DNA from: Prasinococcaceae sp. CCMP 1430 | Taxonomy: Eukaryota > Plantae > Prasinodermophyta | DNA length: 64,000 nucleotides | Assembly: GCA_013416795.1 (NCBI GenBank) | Contig: RQSC01000027.1 | Coordinates: forward strand, 333,911-397,910 | Reading direction: 5' to 3' | Shown: piece after piece, positions 1 through 11,270 of the stretch | Layout of the letters: the number at the start of each line of letters is the position of its first letter | Numbering within the stretch: position 1 is the first letter of the stretch | The notes under the pieces: model-generated | Told to the model about the DNA's origin: nothing | Databases searched by the model: none | What the model saw: only the letters and a program-made list of their open reading frames with translations | Program-made: the position numbers and the translations under genes

Positions 1-2
1 CG

Positions 3-1199
3 CCGCGCGCGGCCGTGCCGCGCGCGCGCCGCGAGGCGACCGTCGCCATGTTCGAGCGCTTCACCGAGAAGGCCATCAAGGTCGTGATGCTCGCGCAGGA
101 GGAGGCGCGCCGCCTCGGCCACAACTTCGTGGGCACCGAGCAGCTGCTGCTCGGCCTCGTGGGCGAGGGCACCGGCATCGCGGCCAAGGTGCTCAAGTCG
201 ATGGGCGTCAACCTCAAGGAGGCGCGCGTCGAGGTCGAGAAGATCATCGGCCGCGGCAGCGGCTTCGTGGCGGTGGAGATCCCCTTCACGCCGCGCGCCA
301 AGCGCGTGCTCGAGCTCTCGCTCGAGGAGGCGCGCCAGCTGGGCCACTCGTACATCGGCACCGAGCACCTGCTGCTCGGCCTGCTGCGCGAGGGCGAGGG
401 CGTGGCGGCGCGCGTGCTCGAGGGCCTCGGCGTGGACCTCGGCAAGATCCGCACGCAGGTCGTGCGCATGGTGGGCGAGTCGCAGGAGGCCGTGGGCGTC
501 GGCGGCGGCAGCTCGGGCTCCAACAAGACCCCCACGCTCGAGGAGTACGGCACGGACGTGACCAAGCAGGCCTCGGAGGGCAAGCTCGACCCCGTGGTCG
601 GCCGCGCCAACGAGATCGAGCGCGTGACGCAGATCCTCGGCCGCAGGACCAAGAACAACCCCTGCCTGATCGGCGAGCCCGGCGTGGGCAAGACCGCCGT
701 CACGGAGGGCCTGTCGCAGATGATCGTGGGCGGTGAGGCGCCCGAGACCATCGAGGACAAGATGGTGATCTCGCTCGACATGGGCCTGCTCGTCGCGGGC
801 ACCAAGTACCGCGGCGAGTTCGAGGAGCGCCTCAAGAAGCTCATGGAGGAGATCAAGCAGAACCCGCAGATCATCCTCGTGATCGACGAGGTGCACACGC
901 TCATCGGCGCGGGCGCGGCGGAGGGCGCCATCGACGCCGCCAACATCCTCAAGCCGGCGCTCGCGCGCGGCGAGCTCCAGTGCATCGGCGCCACCACCAT
1001 CGACGAGTACCGCAAGCACATCGAGAAGGACCCGGCGCTCGAGCGCCGCTTCCAGCCGGTGACGGTGCCTGAGCCGAGCGTCGAGGAGACGCAGCAGATC
1101 CTTCGTGGCCTGCGCGAGCGCTACGAGGCGCACCACAAGCTGACCTTCACCGACGAGGCGCTCGACGCCGCGGCGAGCTTTGCGCAGCAGTACATCTCG

Positions 1200-1231
<32 letters not shown>

Positions 1232-2552
1232 CATCGACGAGGCCGGCTCGCGCGTGCGCCTCGAGCACGCGCAGCTGCCGGAGGAGGCGCGCGAGCTCGA
1301 CAAGGAGCTGCGTGCCCTGCTCAAGGAGAAGGACGCCGCCGTGCGCGGCCAGGACTTCGAGAAGGCCGGCCAGCTGCGCGACCGCGAGATGGAGCTGAAG
1401 GCGCAGATCTCGAGCTTCATGCAGCAGGCGAAGGAGGAGGGCAAGGCCGTCGCGGAGGACGGCGACGCGGGGCCGCAGGTGACCGAGGCGGACATCGCCA
1501 AGGTGGTGGCGGCGTGGACGGGCGTGCCGGTGGACAAGGTGTCGTCGGACGAGTCCGAGCGCCTGCTCAAGATGGAGGAGGTGCTGCACGGCCGCCTGAT
1601 TGGCCAGGAGGACGCCGTGAAGGCCATCTCCCGCGCGGTGCGCCGCGCGCGCGTGGGCCTGAAGAACCCTAACCGCCCCATCGCGTCGTTCATCTTCTCG
1701 GGCCCCACCGGCGTGGGCAAGTCCGAGCTGTGCAAGGCGCTGGCGACCTACTACTTCGGTTCCGAGGAGGCGATGGTCAGGCTCGACATGTCGGAGTTCA
1801 TGGAGCGCCACACCGTGTCGAAGCTCATCGGCTCGCCGCCGGGCTACGTCGGGTACAACGAGGGCGGCCAGCTCACCGAGGCCGTCAGGCGCAGGCCGTA
1901 CACCCTGGTGCTCTTCGATGAGATCGAGAAGGCGCACCCTGACGTGTTCAACATGATGCTCCAGATCCTCGAGGACGGCCGCCTGACCGACTCCAAGGGC
2001 CGCGTGGTCAACTTCAAGAACGTGCTCATCGTGATGACGAGCAACGTCGGCAGCTCCGTGATCGAGAAGGGCGGCGGCGGCCTCGGCTTCGAGCTCAACG
2101 CGGGCGCCGAGGACACCTCGTACAACCGCATCAAGACACTCGTTAATGAGGAGCTGAAGCAGTACTTCCGCCCCGAGTTCCTCAACCGCCTGGATGAGAT
2201 CATCGTGTTCAGGCAGCTGACCAAGATGGAGGTCGGCGAGATCGCCGCGCTGATGCTCAAGGACATCTACCAGCGCATGGAGGACAAGGGCATGACGCTC
2301 GAGGTGACCGACCGCTTCAAGAACCGCATCATCGACGAGGGGTACAACCCGAGCTACGGCGCGCGCCCGCTGCGCCGCGCGATCATGCGGCTGCTGGAGG
2401 ACTCGCTCGCCGAGCGCCTGCTCGAGGGTGACATCAAGGAGGGCGACAGCGTCATCATGGACGTTGACGCCAACGGCCAGGTGGTGGTGCTCAACGGCGA
2501 TGGCGACCGCTTCGTCGCCAACCCGACCGAGAGCGCGGGCATCGCCGGGTGA
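3..2552 (+). CDS. clpC: Chloroplast Clp protease ATP-binding subunit ClpC (HSP100), nuclear-encoded; 5' part of transit peptide lies outside the window
   Basis: Frame open from the window edge: [15 protein letters not shown] then [32 protein letters not shown] (Clp-N repeats). Walker A motifs GEPGVGKT and [11 protein letters not shown] coiled coil, ClpP-binding GGGGLGF loop. No introns. Confidence 0.97.
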
Positions 2553-2612
2553 ACAGAGAGAGAGGGCCCATTTGCTTTTTTATAAGTCACAACATGATAG
2601 AAACGAGCGAGC

Positions 2613-3477
2613 TCAGTTCCAGTTTGAGCACCCCTGCACAGGCCGCATCAGCTTCGTGGTGAAGCTCTGCGCCAGCCCCGCCACCCGCCCCACCGCATCA
2701 CGCCACTCCCTGGCGCCGCGCGCTGCCTCCCTTGCGCGAAGTGATGCGGCCATCGATGGGAAGCGCCAGAGCTCGACGACCTCGTTGAGGCTGCCGACGT
2801 CTGTGTGGCCCATGAAGACGAGCTCGCCGCAGAAAAAACTGTCAGCGGCGACCTTCGAGGGGAGGCCCGCCTGCATGTACTCGTAGAACTCGGGCACGGT
2901 GTCGTAGCCAAGCCGCAGCTGGTAGGTGCGCATTTCGTACACAGCACCCGGCGAGTCCCCGCCGATCGGCGCGAAGGAGCTCGCGGCGCCCGCGCCGGCG
3001 GCGGTCTTGCACGCGGCCGACTCGACGAAGACTGAGGAACGCTGCGCGTCGAGCATGTGCAGCGTGTCGCCGAGGAAGGACTTCCACTCGGCGTGCTGGC
3101 CGTTGCGCGCGCGCGCCGCATCGCGCTCCTCGAGACCGGAGTAATGATAGAAGTGGACGAACTCGTTCGGGTCACCCCCTGTCTCGGTGACGAACATGCC
3201 GAGGAAGCCCGGCAGCAGCTCATTGCGCAGCGGGTACGTCGCGGCGCATGCGCTCGAGTACGCGGGCACGAGGCCCGGGCGCACCGAATACTTGCGCACT
3301 TCGTACAGCCCGGGCGAAGACGCGCCTCCCGTCGCCGCGGCGTTAGCTGCAGAGCTCACGCCGCGCGCCCACGGGGCCGCGGTGGCAGCTGCCGCGGGTG
3401 GCGCGCCGTGCGCCACGCGCCCGCAGGCGAACGCGCAGCTCGATAGCGCCGAATGCGGCCGCCACGCGCCGCAGCAT
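2613..3477 (-). CDS. NIPSNAP: NIPSNAP-family protein (two NIPSNAP domains), probably mitochondrial; apparent +1 frameshift near 3453
   Basis: LYEVRKYSVRPG...FVHFYHYSGLEERDAAR and VYEMRTYQL...LNEVVELWRFPS...RE motifs. The ATG at 3477 (MLRRVAAA) is one base out of frame with the body. Confidence 0.85.
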
Positions 3478-3885
3478 CGCGACGCGCCCCTGCACCGGCC
3501 GGCACGCCCTATCCCCCTCCCCGCGCCACCCGCTCGCAGCGCTCGGCTCGGCTGACCCTCCCCGTTCTTGGGCCGCTTCACCACCTCGCGAGGCAACGCT
3601 GTGGCGCGCGGGCGCGTCGCCCCCCTCCTCCCCGGCATGGGCCCCACCCCCCCCGGCCCTCCCCGTCTGGCTCGCCAGCGGCGTGTGTCCCCCGCGCGCC
3701 CGCCGCGCGCGTCCCTGCGTTGTGGATAACTGCAGTTTCGCTTACCTTCATTCAATCCACGGACGCGCATTTAGGGTTAGGTCTTTGGGTAGGGTCCATA
3801 ATAGTAGTGGCGAATTGGCGTTGCCTCCTCCGGCAGCGGCGCGGCGCGGCGCGGCGGCTGCGCGGCGGCAGGCACAGCGCGCGCG

Positions 3886-4436
3886 NNNNNNNNNNNNNNN
3901 NNNNNNNNNNNNNNNNNNNNNNNNNNNNNNNNNNNNNNNNNNNNNNNNNNNNNNNNNNNNNNNNNNNNNNNNNNNNNNNNNNNNNNNNNNNNNNNNNNNN
4001 NNNNNNNNNNNNNNNNNNNNNNNNNNNNNNNNNNNNNNNNNNNNNNNNNNNNNNNNNNNNNNNNNNNNNNNNNNNNNNNNNNNNNNNNNNNNNNNNNNNN
4101 NNNNNNNNNNNNNNNNNNNNNNNNNNNNNNNNNNNNNNNNNNNNNNNNNNNNNNNNNNNNNNNNNNNNNNNNNNNNNNNNNNNNNNNNNNNNNNNNNNNN
4201 NNNNNNNNNNNNNNNNNNNNNNNNNNNNNNNNNNNNNNNNNNNNNNNNNNNNNNNNNNNNNNNNNNNNNNNNNNNNNNNNNNNNNNNNNNNNNNNNNNNN
4301 NNNNNNNNNNNNNNNNNNNNNNNNNNNNNNNNNNNNNNNNNNNNNNNNNNNNNNNNNNNNNNNNNNNNNNNNNNNNNNNNNNNNNNNNNNNNNNNNNNNN
4401 NNNNNNNNNNNNNNNNNNNNNNNNNNNNNNNNNNNC
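3886..4436. other. Assembly gap (N run)
   Basis: Run of N. Confidence 1.
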
Positions 4437-4502
4437 CCCCGCGCCCGCGCCCCCGCGCGCGGAACGCGCACATTTCGCGCTCGGCGTTCCGGGATTCGCG
4501 CT

Positions 4503-4843
4503 TTCGATTCCCCCTCGAAAAGTGTCCCGCGTTTCTATATCATTGCATATCGCGAGGGGGATTTCCTGATATGCAATGATGGTACGTCAATGCATATCAA
4601 AAGCGCGGAACGAAGAATCGAAATCTGCTTCGTCCGCACTGGCAGAATCGCCGAAATGAACGAAAAAGGTCAATTCGCAAGCAACGACCCGCCTCGCGCG
4701 CTTCGCGCTTTGCGGCGCCAAAGCCCCCCTCGAAATGTGTCCCGCGTTTCTATATCATTGCATATCGCGCGGGGGATTTCCTGATATGCAATGATGGCAT
4801 ATCAGTGCATATAAAAACCGCGGAACGAAGAATCGAAATCTGA
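4503..4843. repeat. Two copies of a ~117-bp AT-richer unit (4511-4627, 4726-4842), each containing a 13-bp perfect inverted repeat
   Basis: ATCATTGCATATC-16 nt-GATATGCAATGAT at 4539-4580 and 4754-4795; the flanks are also near-identical between copies. Confidence 0.95.
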
Positions 4844-4942
4844 AGCCCACCGGGGGGGGGGAGGGGGCGGAAGGAGGTCAAAACGCAGGCGCGCGCGCAA
4901 GGGGGCGCGGCGGCGCGGGCGCTCGCGGCGTCGGGGGAAGCT

Positions 4943-5479
4943 TTGGCAGAGTTCGGCTCGGCGCGCTCGCACTACATCCTGGTGCGCGGCTCGGCCTTTC
5001 TTTGGCATCAGGTCCGGTGCATCGCGGCGGTTCTGCTGCTTGTGGGGCAGGGGTTGGAGGCGCCCGGCGTGGTCGACGAGCTGCTTGCGTCGGAGCGCAA
5101 GCCCAACTACAGCCCGGCGTCCGAGGCGCCGCTGGTGCTCTCGCTGTGCTCGTTCGCCGATCCGAGCACCGAGGAGGGCGCAAACAAGGGGCTGAGCTTC
5201 TGGTGCAGCGTGTCGGCGCGCACGCGGCTGCGGCAGCACTTCGAGGCCATGGAGGCCGCGCTGCAGACGCGCCGGTGCGTGCTGCGCAGCGCCTGGCTCC
5301 ACCAGGCCCTTGGCAGCGCGGGGGGGGGCACGGTGCCGCTCAGGGGACGGCCGAAACACGTCAAGCTCATGGCACGCGCCAGGGAGGCCACCTACGAGGA
5401 GAGGCGCGAGCAGTTGGTCAAGCTCGGCAAGCTCGAGTCGAGCGCCGCGCCGCCACAGGAGCACGCGTACGTGCCGTAA
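4943..5479 (+). CDS. C-terminal half of a TruA/Pus3-like tRNA pseudouridine synthase; 5' part missing or in the gap
   Basis: ILVRGSAFLWHQVRCIAAVLLLVGQGLEAPGVVDELL...RKPNYSPASEAPLVL matches the TruA C-terminal motif of Pus3/Deg1. The catalytic Asp region is not visible. Possible acceptor CTTTGGCAG at ~4949. Confidence 0.8.
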   Translation: MAEFGSARSHYILVRGSAFLWHQVRCIAAVLLLVGQGLEAPGVVDELLASERKPNYSPASEAPLVLSLCSFADPSTEEGANKGLSFWCSVSARTRLRQHFEAMEAALQTRRCVLRSAWLHQALGSAGGGTVPLRGRPKHVKLMARAREATYEERREQLVKLGKLESSAAPPQEHAYVP

Positions 5480-5695
5480 CGCGGCGTCGCGATGACGACA
5501 GCGCGTCCTGCACGGTCCCCGCGCGCGCGCCTACGTGCGTGGATACGTGCGTGCAGCTCTTACAGATCACTTCAAAGGCTGCGGCGGCTCGGATGTGTGT
5601 TGTACAAATTTGGTAACGATGATGGGGCGCCGCTCCCTCAGCGGCTCGCCTTGGTGCCACGCGCCGGTTGCGCGCTCGTCCGTCCGCCGCCGACG

Positions 5696-6191
5696 TCAGA
5701 TGCGTGCGCCCATCTTGTCGGCGACCACCTGCGGGTTGGCCTTGGCCAGCTCCTCCCGGCCTGAGCCGCGGAAGTCGAAGTCGCACTGGTGCGCCTCGGC
5801 GTGGCGGTGCGTCCCGCAGAACACGTAGCCGCACCGGCACTTGAAGCCCGTCAGCCCGATCTTCTTGCGGCATTCCCAGCAGCGGCTCGTCTTGGTCTGC
5901 ACCTTGCGCTTGGGCGGTCGCTGCGGCGCGGGCGCGTCCCCTCCGGGCGCGGCGACCGCCGCCGCCTCTGCCGCGCCGGACGCGCCCGGCCCCACCGGCG
6001 CGCACGGCAAGCACGTCGGCACCACCGGCACGACAGAGGGCACGCTCACCTCTGCCTTGCCCTCCTCCCGCACCTGCGCCGCGACCGCCGCGGCGGCCTT
6101 CTCGACGTCGACGTCCAATGGGGCCGCGGCCGCCTGCGCTGCCTGCGAGTCACGGTAACACTTCGAGCACATGTTGCCCGTGGCGGGGTTC
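5696..6191 (-). CDS. A20/AN1 zinc-finger stress-associated protein (last exon; first exon probably in the gap)
   Basis: End of A20 finger NPATGNMCSKCY after acceptor GCAACGCAG; AN1 finger CWECRKKIGLTGFKCRCGYVFCGTHRHAEAHQCDFD...ANPQVVADK. Confidence 0.93.
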
Positions 6192-6397
6192 CTGCGTTGC
6201 CCCAGGCCGAGGCGCCAGCGGAGGCGAGCACGCGCGAGAGCGTCAGTTCGGTGCCCCGCACATCCGCCCTCCCGTCCCTCTCATGCGCGTCCCTCTCTCT
6301 CCGCGGGCGGCGCGCGCGCCAACAGCCGCGCCGCGGGCACACAGCAAACAACCCGGCGCGAGGTGCGCGCGCGCGCAGGCGCTCGCGGCCTCCGCGC

Positions 6398-6843
6398 NNN
6401 NNNNNNNNNNNNNNNNNNNNNNNNNNNNNNNNNNNNNNNNNNNNNNNNNNNNNNNNNNNNNNNNNNNNNNNNNNNNNNNNNNNNNNNNNNNNNNNNNNNN
6501 NNNNNNNNNNNNNNNNNNNNNNNNNNNNNNNNNNNNNNNNNNNNNNNNNNNNNNNNNNNNNNNNNNNNNNNNNNNNNNNNNNNNNNNNNNNNNNNNNNNN
6601 NNNNNNNNNNNNNNNNNNNNNNNNNNNNNNNNNNNNNNNNNNNNNNNNNNNNNNNNNNNNNNNNNNNNNNNNNNNNNNNNNNNNNNNNNNNNNNNNNNNN
6701 NNNNNNNNNNNNNNNNNNNNNNNNNNNNNNNNNNNNNNNNNNNNNNNNNNNNNNNNNNNNNNNNNNNNNNNNNNNNNNNNNNNNNNNNNNNNNNNNNNNN
6801 NNNNNNNNNNNNNNNNNNNNNNNNNNNNNNNNNNNNNNNNNNN
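6398..6843. other. Assembly gap (N run)
   Basis: Run of N. Confidence 1.
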
Positions 6844-7877
6844 GCGCCCGGGGGCCGCGCGCGCGCGCCCCCATCATCTCCCGCCTCGGCAGCGCCTCGG
6901 GCGGCCGGGGCGGGGGTGTGGGCGGGTGCGTGGTGATGGTGTGGGCGCTCCCAGCCAGCGCATGCGAACGCGCCTGCGTCCGCCGGCCGGCTGGGATGGG
7001 ACGGGATCGGGGGGTGGGGTAAAGGAGATGAACAAACAAAAGGCAAGGAGAGAGAGGAGAGAGAGGAAGGAAGGACAACACCGACACCAAGCAAAAAAAC
7101 ACCGCCGCGGCCGGTTGCGGCGCGCGCGCGCGATGCGCGCACGCGCTCGCTCGCTCGCTCGCTCGCGCGGGTGTGCGGGTGCGGTGCGGTGCGCGCGCGC
7201 CCCGAGTGGGTCCGATGCCGATGCCGATGACGCAGCGCGGCGGCGCCGCCGTGCGAGAGAGAGAGAGAGAGCGAGCGCGTTTGCCTCTGCCCTTTGCTCG
7301 CCGTCATGCGTGGTATTGCGGTCGACGCGTCGAAAGGGTCTGCGAGGTCCGAGAGACGTTGGCTCCGGTGTCAGAAGAAGCTTCCTCTCCCCTCAGGCCG
7401 CCGGCCGCGGCGCTGGCAGGCGGGCGCCCCCGCCTCGGAGCGCGCGGACTCCGGCCGGCCGGCACGCACAGCTGTGGCCCGAACCAAACCGAACTTGCTT
7501 CGCGACAACCCCAGCCAGCACTCGGCGTACTTCCCACGCGCCTTCGATCGAGGCTGGGAGGCATCGCTGGATGGAGGCGCGTCGATCGACGGACCGTCGA
7601 CGTACGGACGGCGCGCGTGTACGTCTGGCCTGCCGGGACAGAGGAGTCAACGAGCAACGCCGCGCGGACGTGGCACGAGGCGGAACTGCGCGTCGTCACG
7701 CCTGGACAGGGGCATGAAGTGCCGGCCGGATGTCGCGTGCGATGGCGTGCGTTTGGGTTGTCCAACAATGGCCCGCGCAATAACGGTACAGACCAGTAGG
7801 GTCTGCGCACGCTTCGATGGCCCCCGCTGCGGCCGCGCACCCGCGCGCGCGCCACAGCGCACGCCCCGCCCCGCCCA

Positions 7878-8111
7878 GCCGCCGCCTCTGCCGCGCCGGA
7901 CGCGCCCGGCCCCACCGGCGCGCACGGCAAGCACGTCGGCACCACCGGCACGACAGAGGGCACGCTCACCTCTGCCTTGCCCTCCTCCCGCACCTGCGCC
8001 GCGACCGCCGCGGCGGCCTTCTCGACGTCGACGTCCAATGGGGCCGCGGCCGCCTGCGCTGCCTGCGAGTCACGGTAACACTTCGAGCACATGTTGCCCG
8101 TGGCGGGGTTC
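7878..8111 (-). pseudogene. Duplicated 5' portion of the A20/AN1 exon lacking the AN1 finger (truncated copy or assembly artefact)
   Basis: Identical to 5958-6191, then joins upstream sequence of the AlkB gene. Confidence 0.6.
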
Positions 8112-8317
8112 CTGCGTTGCCCCAGGCCGAGGCGCCAGCGGAGGCGAGCACGCGCGAGAGCGTCAGTTCGGTGCCCCGCACATCCGCCCTCCCGTCCCTC
8201 TCATGCGCGTCCCTCTCTCTCCGCGGGCGGCGCGCGCGCCAACAGCCGCGCCGCGGGCACACAGCAAACAACCCGGCGCGAGGTGCGCGCGCGCGCAGGC
8301 GCTCGCGGCCTCCGCGC

Positions 8318-8735
8318 NNNNNNNNNNNNNNNNNNNNNNNNNNNNNNNNNNNNNNNNNNNNNNNNNNNNNNNNNNNNNNNNNNNNNNNNNNNNNNNNNNN
8401 NNNNNNNNNNNNNNNNNNNNNNNNNNNNNNNNNNNNNNNNNNNNNNNNNNNNNNNNNNNNNNNNNNNNNNNNNNNNNNNNNNNNNNNNNNNNNNNNNNNN
8501 NNNNNNNNNNNNNNNNNNNNNNNNNNNNNNNNNNNNNNNNNNNNNNNNNNNNNNNNNNNNNNNNNNNNNNNNNNNNNNNNNNNNNNNNNNNNNNNNNNNN
8601 NNNNNNNNNNNNNNNNNNNNNNNNNNNNNNNNNNNNNNNNNNNNNNNNNNNNNNNNNNNNNNNNNNNNNNNNNNNNNNNNNNNNNNNNNNNNNNNNNNNN
8701 NNNNNNNNNNNNNNNNNNNNNNNNNNNNNNNNNNN
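8318..8735. other. Assembly gap (N run)
   Basis: Run of N. Confidence 1.
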
Positions 8736-9628
8736 GGGGTGGGGTAAAGGAGATGAACAAACAAAAGGCAAGGAGAGAGAGGAGAGAGAGGAAGGAAGGA
8801 CAACACCGACACCAAGCAAAAAAACACCGCCGCGGCCGGTTGCGGCGCGCGCGCGCGATGCGCGCACGCGCTCGCTCGCTCGCTCGCTCGCGCGGGTGTG
8901 CGGGTGCGGTGCGGTGCGCGCGCGCCCCGAGTGGGTCCGATGCCGATGCCGATGACGCAGCGCGGCGGCGCCGCCGTGCGAGAGAGAGAGAGAGAGCGAG
9001 CGCGTTTGCCTCTGCCCTTTGCTCGCCGTCATGCGTGGTATTGCGGTCGACGCGTCGAAAGGGTCTGCGAGGTCCGAGAGACGTTGGCTCCGGTGTCAGA
9101 AGAAGCTTCCTCTCCCCTCAGGCCGCCGGCCGCGGCGCTGGCAGGCGGGCGCCCCCGCCTCGGAGCGCGCGGACTCCGGCCGGCCGGCACGCACAGCTGT
9201 GGCCCGAACCAAACCGAACTTGCTTCGCGACAACCCCAGCCAGCACTCGGCGTACTTCCCACGCGCCTTCGATCGAGGCTGGGAGGCATCGCTGGATGGA
9301 GGCGCGTCGATCGACGGACCGTCGACGTACGGACGGCGCGCGTGTACGTCTGGCCTGCCGGGACAGAGGAGTCAACGAGCAACGCCGCGCGGACGTGGCA
9401 CGAGGCGGAACTGCGCGTCGTCACGCCTGGACAGGGGCATGAAGTGCCGGCCGGATGTCGCGTGCGATGGCGTGCGTTTGGGTTGTCCAACAATGGCCCG
9501 CGCAATAACGGTACAGACCAGTAGGGTCTGCGCACGCTTCGATGGCCCCCGCTGCGGCCGCGCACCCGCGCGCGCGCCACAGCGCACGCCCCGCCCCGCC
9601 CGCCGCCCCCGATGCGCGGCCGCCGCCG

Positions 9629-10732
9629 ATGAAGCGCTTCCTCGTGCCGCGCGGCGGTGGCACCGGTGGGGGCAGCAGAGAAGGAGGAGGCGATGGAGGT
9701 GGGGCAGGAGGACTTGGGGAACGCCGCCGCGGCGGGGCTCCCGCCGCGAAGCGCGCGCGCTCGTCGCTCGTCGCGTGCCCGGTGTGCGGCGCGCAGGTGC
9801 CGAGCGCCGCGATCAACGTCCACCTGGACGCGGGATGCACGCCCGACGCACCGCGGCGCACAGGATGTGGCCGCGAACACAAGGTGGAGCGAGCGCAAGC
9901 CGCTGAATCCGCGGGTGCCTGCCCGCCCTCGGCCGCCGCGCACCTGGCCGCCGCTACGGTCGCGGCTCCAGCTCCTGCTGGTGCTCTCGCGCCCGCCGCC
10001 GCGCCCGCCCTCAAGGCCGCGGCGCCACGGGGTGCCTCCGCCGCCACGGTCGCCCCACGGTCGGCGTTCGACGTGCTTTGCCGCGAGCCCGCCGCGCGTG
10101 TGCTCGGCCGGGCGGAGCCGCATGGGACGTTGGCTGGGCACCACATCATCAGGAATTTCCTCTCCGAGGACGAGGAGGCCGCGCTGCTGCGCGCGCTCGA
10201 CGACGGAGCGCGGCGCCCCAGGTGGGTGCTGCGCCACGTCGGCAACGGGCCGTCGTTCGCGATGGCGTGGGGCGTGCGGGTGGGGCTCACCGAGCGACTC
10301 GTGCGGCCACCCGAGTTCGCCATGCCGTCGTTTCTGGACGTGTGCATGGCGAGGTTCGGCGAGGCATCGCCAGCGCTGCTGGGCACGTTCTCGCCTGTGG
10401 AGGCGAACGCGCTGGACTACCGCCGCGCGCAGGGCCACTACCTGGGCGCGCACTTTGACGATCGACACCTCAACGGAGACGTGCTGTGCACGCTCTCTCT
10501 GGCAGGCGACTGCGTGATGACCTTCCAGCGGTGCCAGGGGCGCGGCGGCCCGAGCGCGCCTGGGCGCGTGCGCGTGCCGCTCCCGCGGCGCTCGCTCAGC
10601 ATCCAGACCGGGCAGTGCAGGTACGACTACACGCACGCCATCGCCAACGAGGACCTGCTGAGCGAGCGCAGGGTGAGCATCACCTTCCGCGAGCTCGGGA
10701 AGAACGTCAAGTGGGCGCCCCCGCGAGGATGA
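9629..10732 (+). CDS. UBZ4 (Rad18-type) zinc finger fused to an AlkB-family 2OG-Fe(II) dioxygenase (ALKBH4-like motifs)
   Basis: CPVCGAQVPSAAINVHLDAGC; EANALDY...GAHFDD (HxD); RYDYTHAI (distal His); RRVSITFRE (Arg). Confidence 0.85.
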   Translation: MKRFLVPRGGGTGGGSREGGGDGGGAGGLGERRRGGAPAAKRARSSLVACPVCGAQVPSAAINVHLDAGCTPDAPRRTGCGREHKVERAQAAESAGACPPSAAAHLAAATVAAPAPAGALAPAAAPALKAAAPRGASAATVAPRSAFDVLCREPAARVLGRAEPHGTLAGHHIIRNFLSEDEEAALLRALDDGARRPRWVLRHVGNGPSFAMAWGVRVGLTERLVRPPEFAMPSFLDVCMARFGEASPALLGTFSPVEANALDYRRAQGHYLGAHFDDRHLNGDVLCTLSLAGDCVMTFQRCQGRGGPSAPGRVRVPLPRRSLSIQTGQCRYDYTHAIANEDLLSERRVSITFRELGKNVKWAPPRG

Positions 10733-11270
10733 GGGCATACTTTGTACAAAATGTTTTTTCGAAATTGGCGCAAAATTGGCGCAAAATTCATCGCGATACC
10801 AACACACCGTTGCTGGCACGTCCGCCCGCCCGTTGGCGAGCGGAGGTCAAAGTCCATGCATTTGCCCGGTCGTCCGCTTTTTGACACCGCCGGTGCAAAC
10901 GAAACCAAGATCAAAATCGTGCACCGCGCGCGGTGGGAACAGAAACGGAAACGCGCGGAATCCCGGCGTCGTTCCCGGCATGCATGTGTGTGAATGAGCG
11001 GGATTCCATGTGCTTTCTCAACTTTGCGGTATCCTGATGCGCTCCGAACCGAAGCGAAGCGAGGGGGGGAGCGCCGCGGCCAAAGGCGCCGGTCCCGCCG
11101 ATGACGGAGGCGGGCGCGCGCCGCGCGCATGGTCTATCCGAGTCCGTGGCACGAAATGCCGCGCCCCCCCCCCCTTGGCGCGCGTGCGCAGCCCGCCGCG
11201 CCCGCTACCGCATCCGCGTCCCCATTCCTCGCTCAGAGCGCCGCTGTCCGCTCCTGCCCGCCGCGCCGCA

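Larger units (their letters stand above)
5958..9600. repeat. Near-identical tandem duplication (copy 1 ~5958-7877, copy 2 ~7878-9600), each copy interrupted by an N-gap
   Basis: 5958-6397 matches 7878-8317 (offset 1920); ~7010-7876 matches ~8736-9600 (offset 1725); ORF-track translations are identical. Confidence 0.95.

Noticed and set aside
3770-3795. TTTAGGGTTAGG telomere-like motif
   Set aside because: Fewer than two full units; not an interstitial telomere array.
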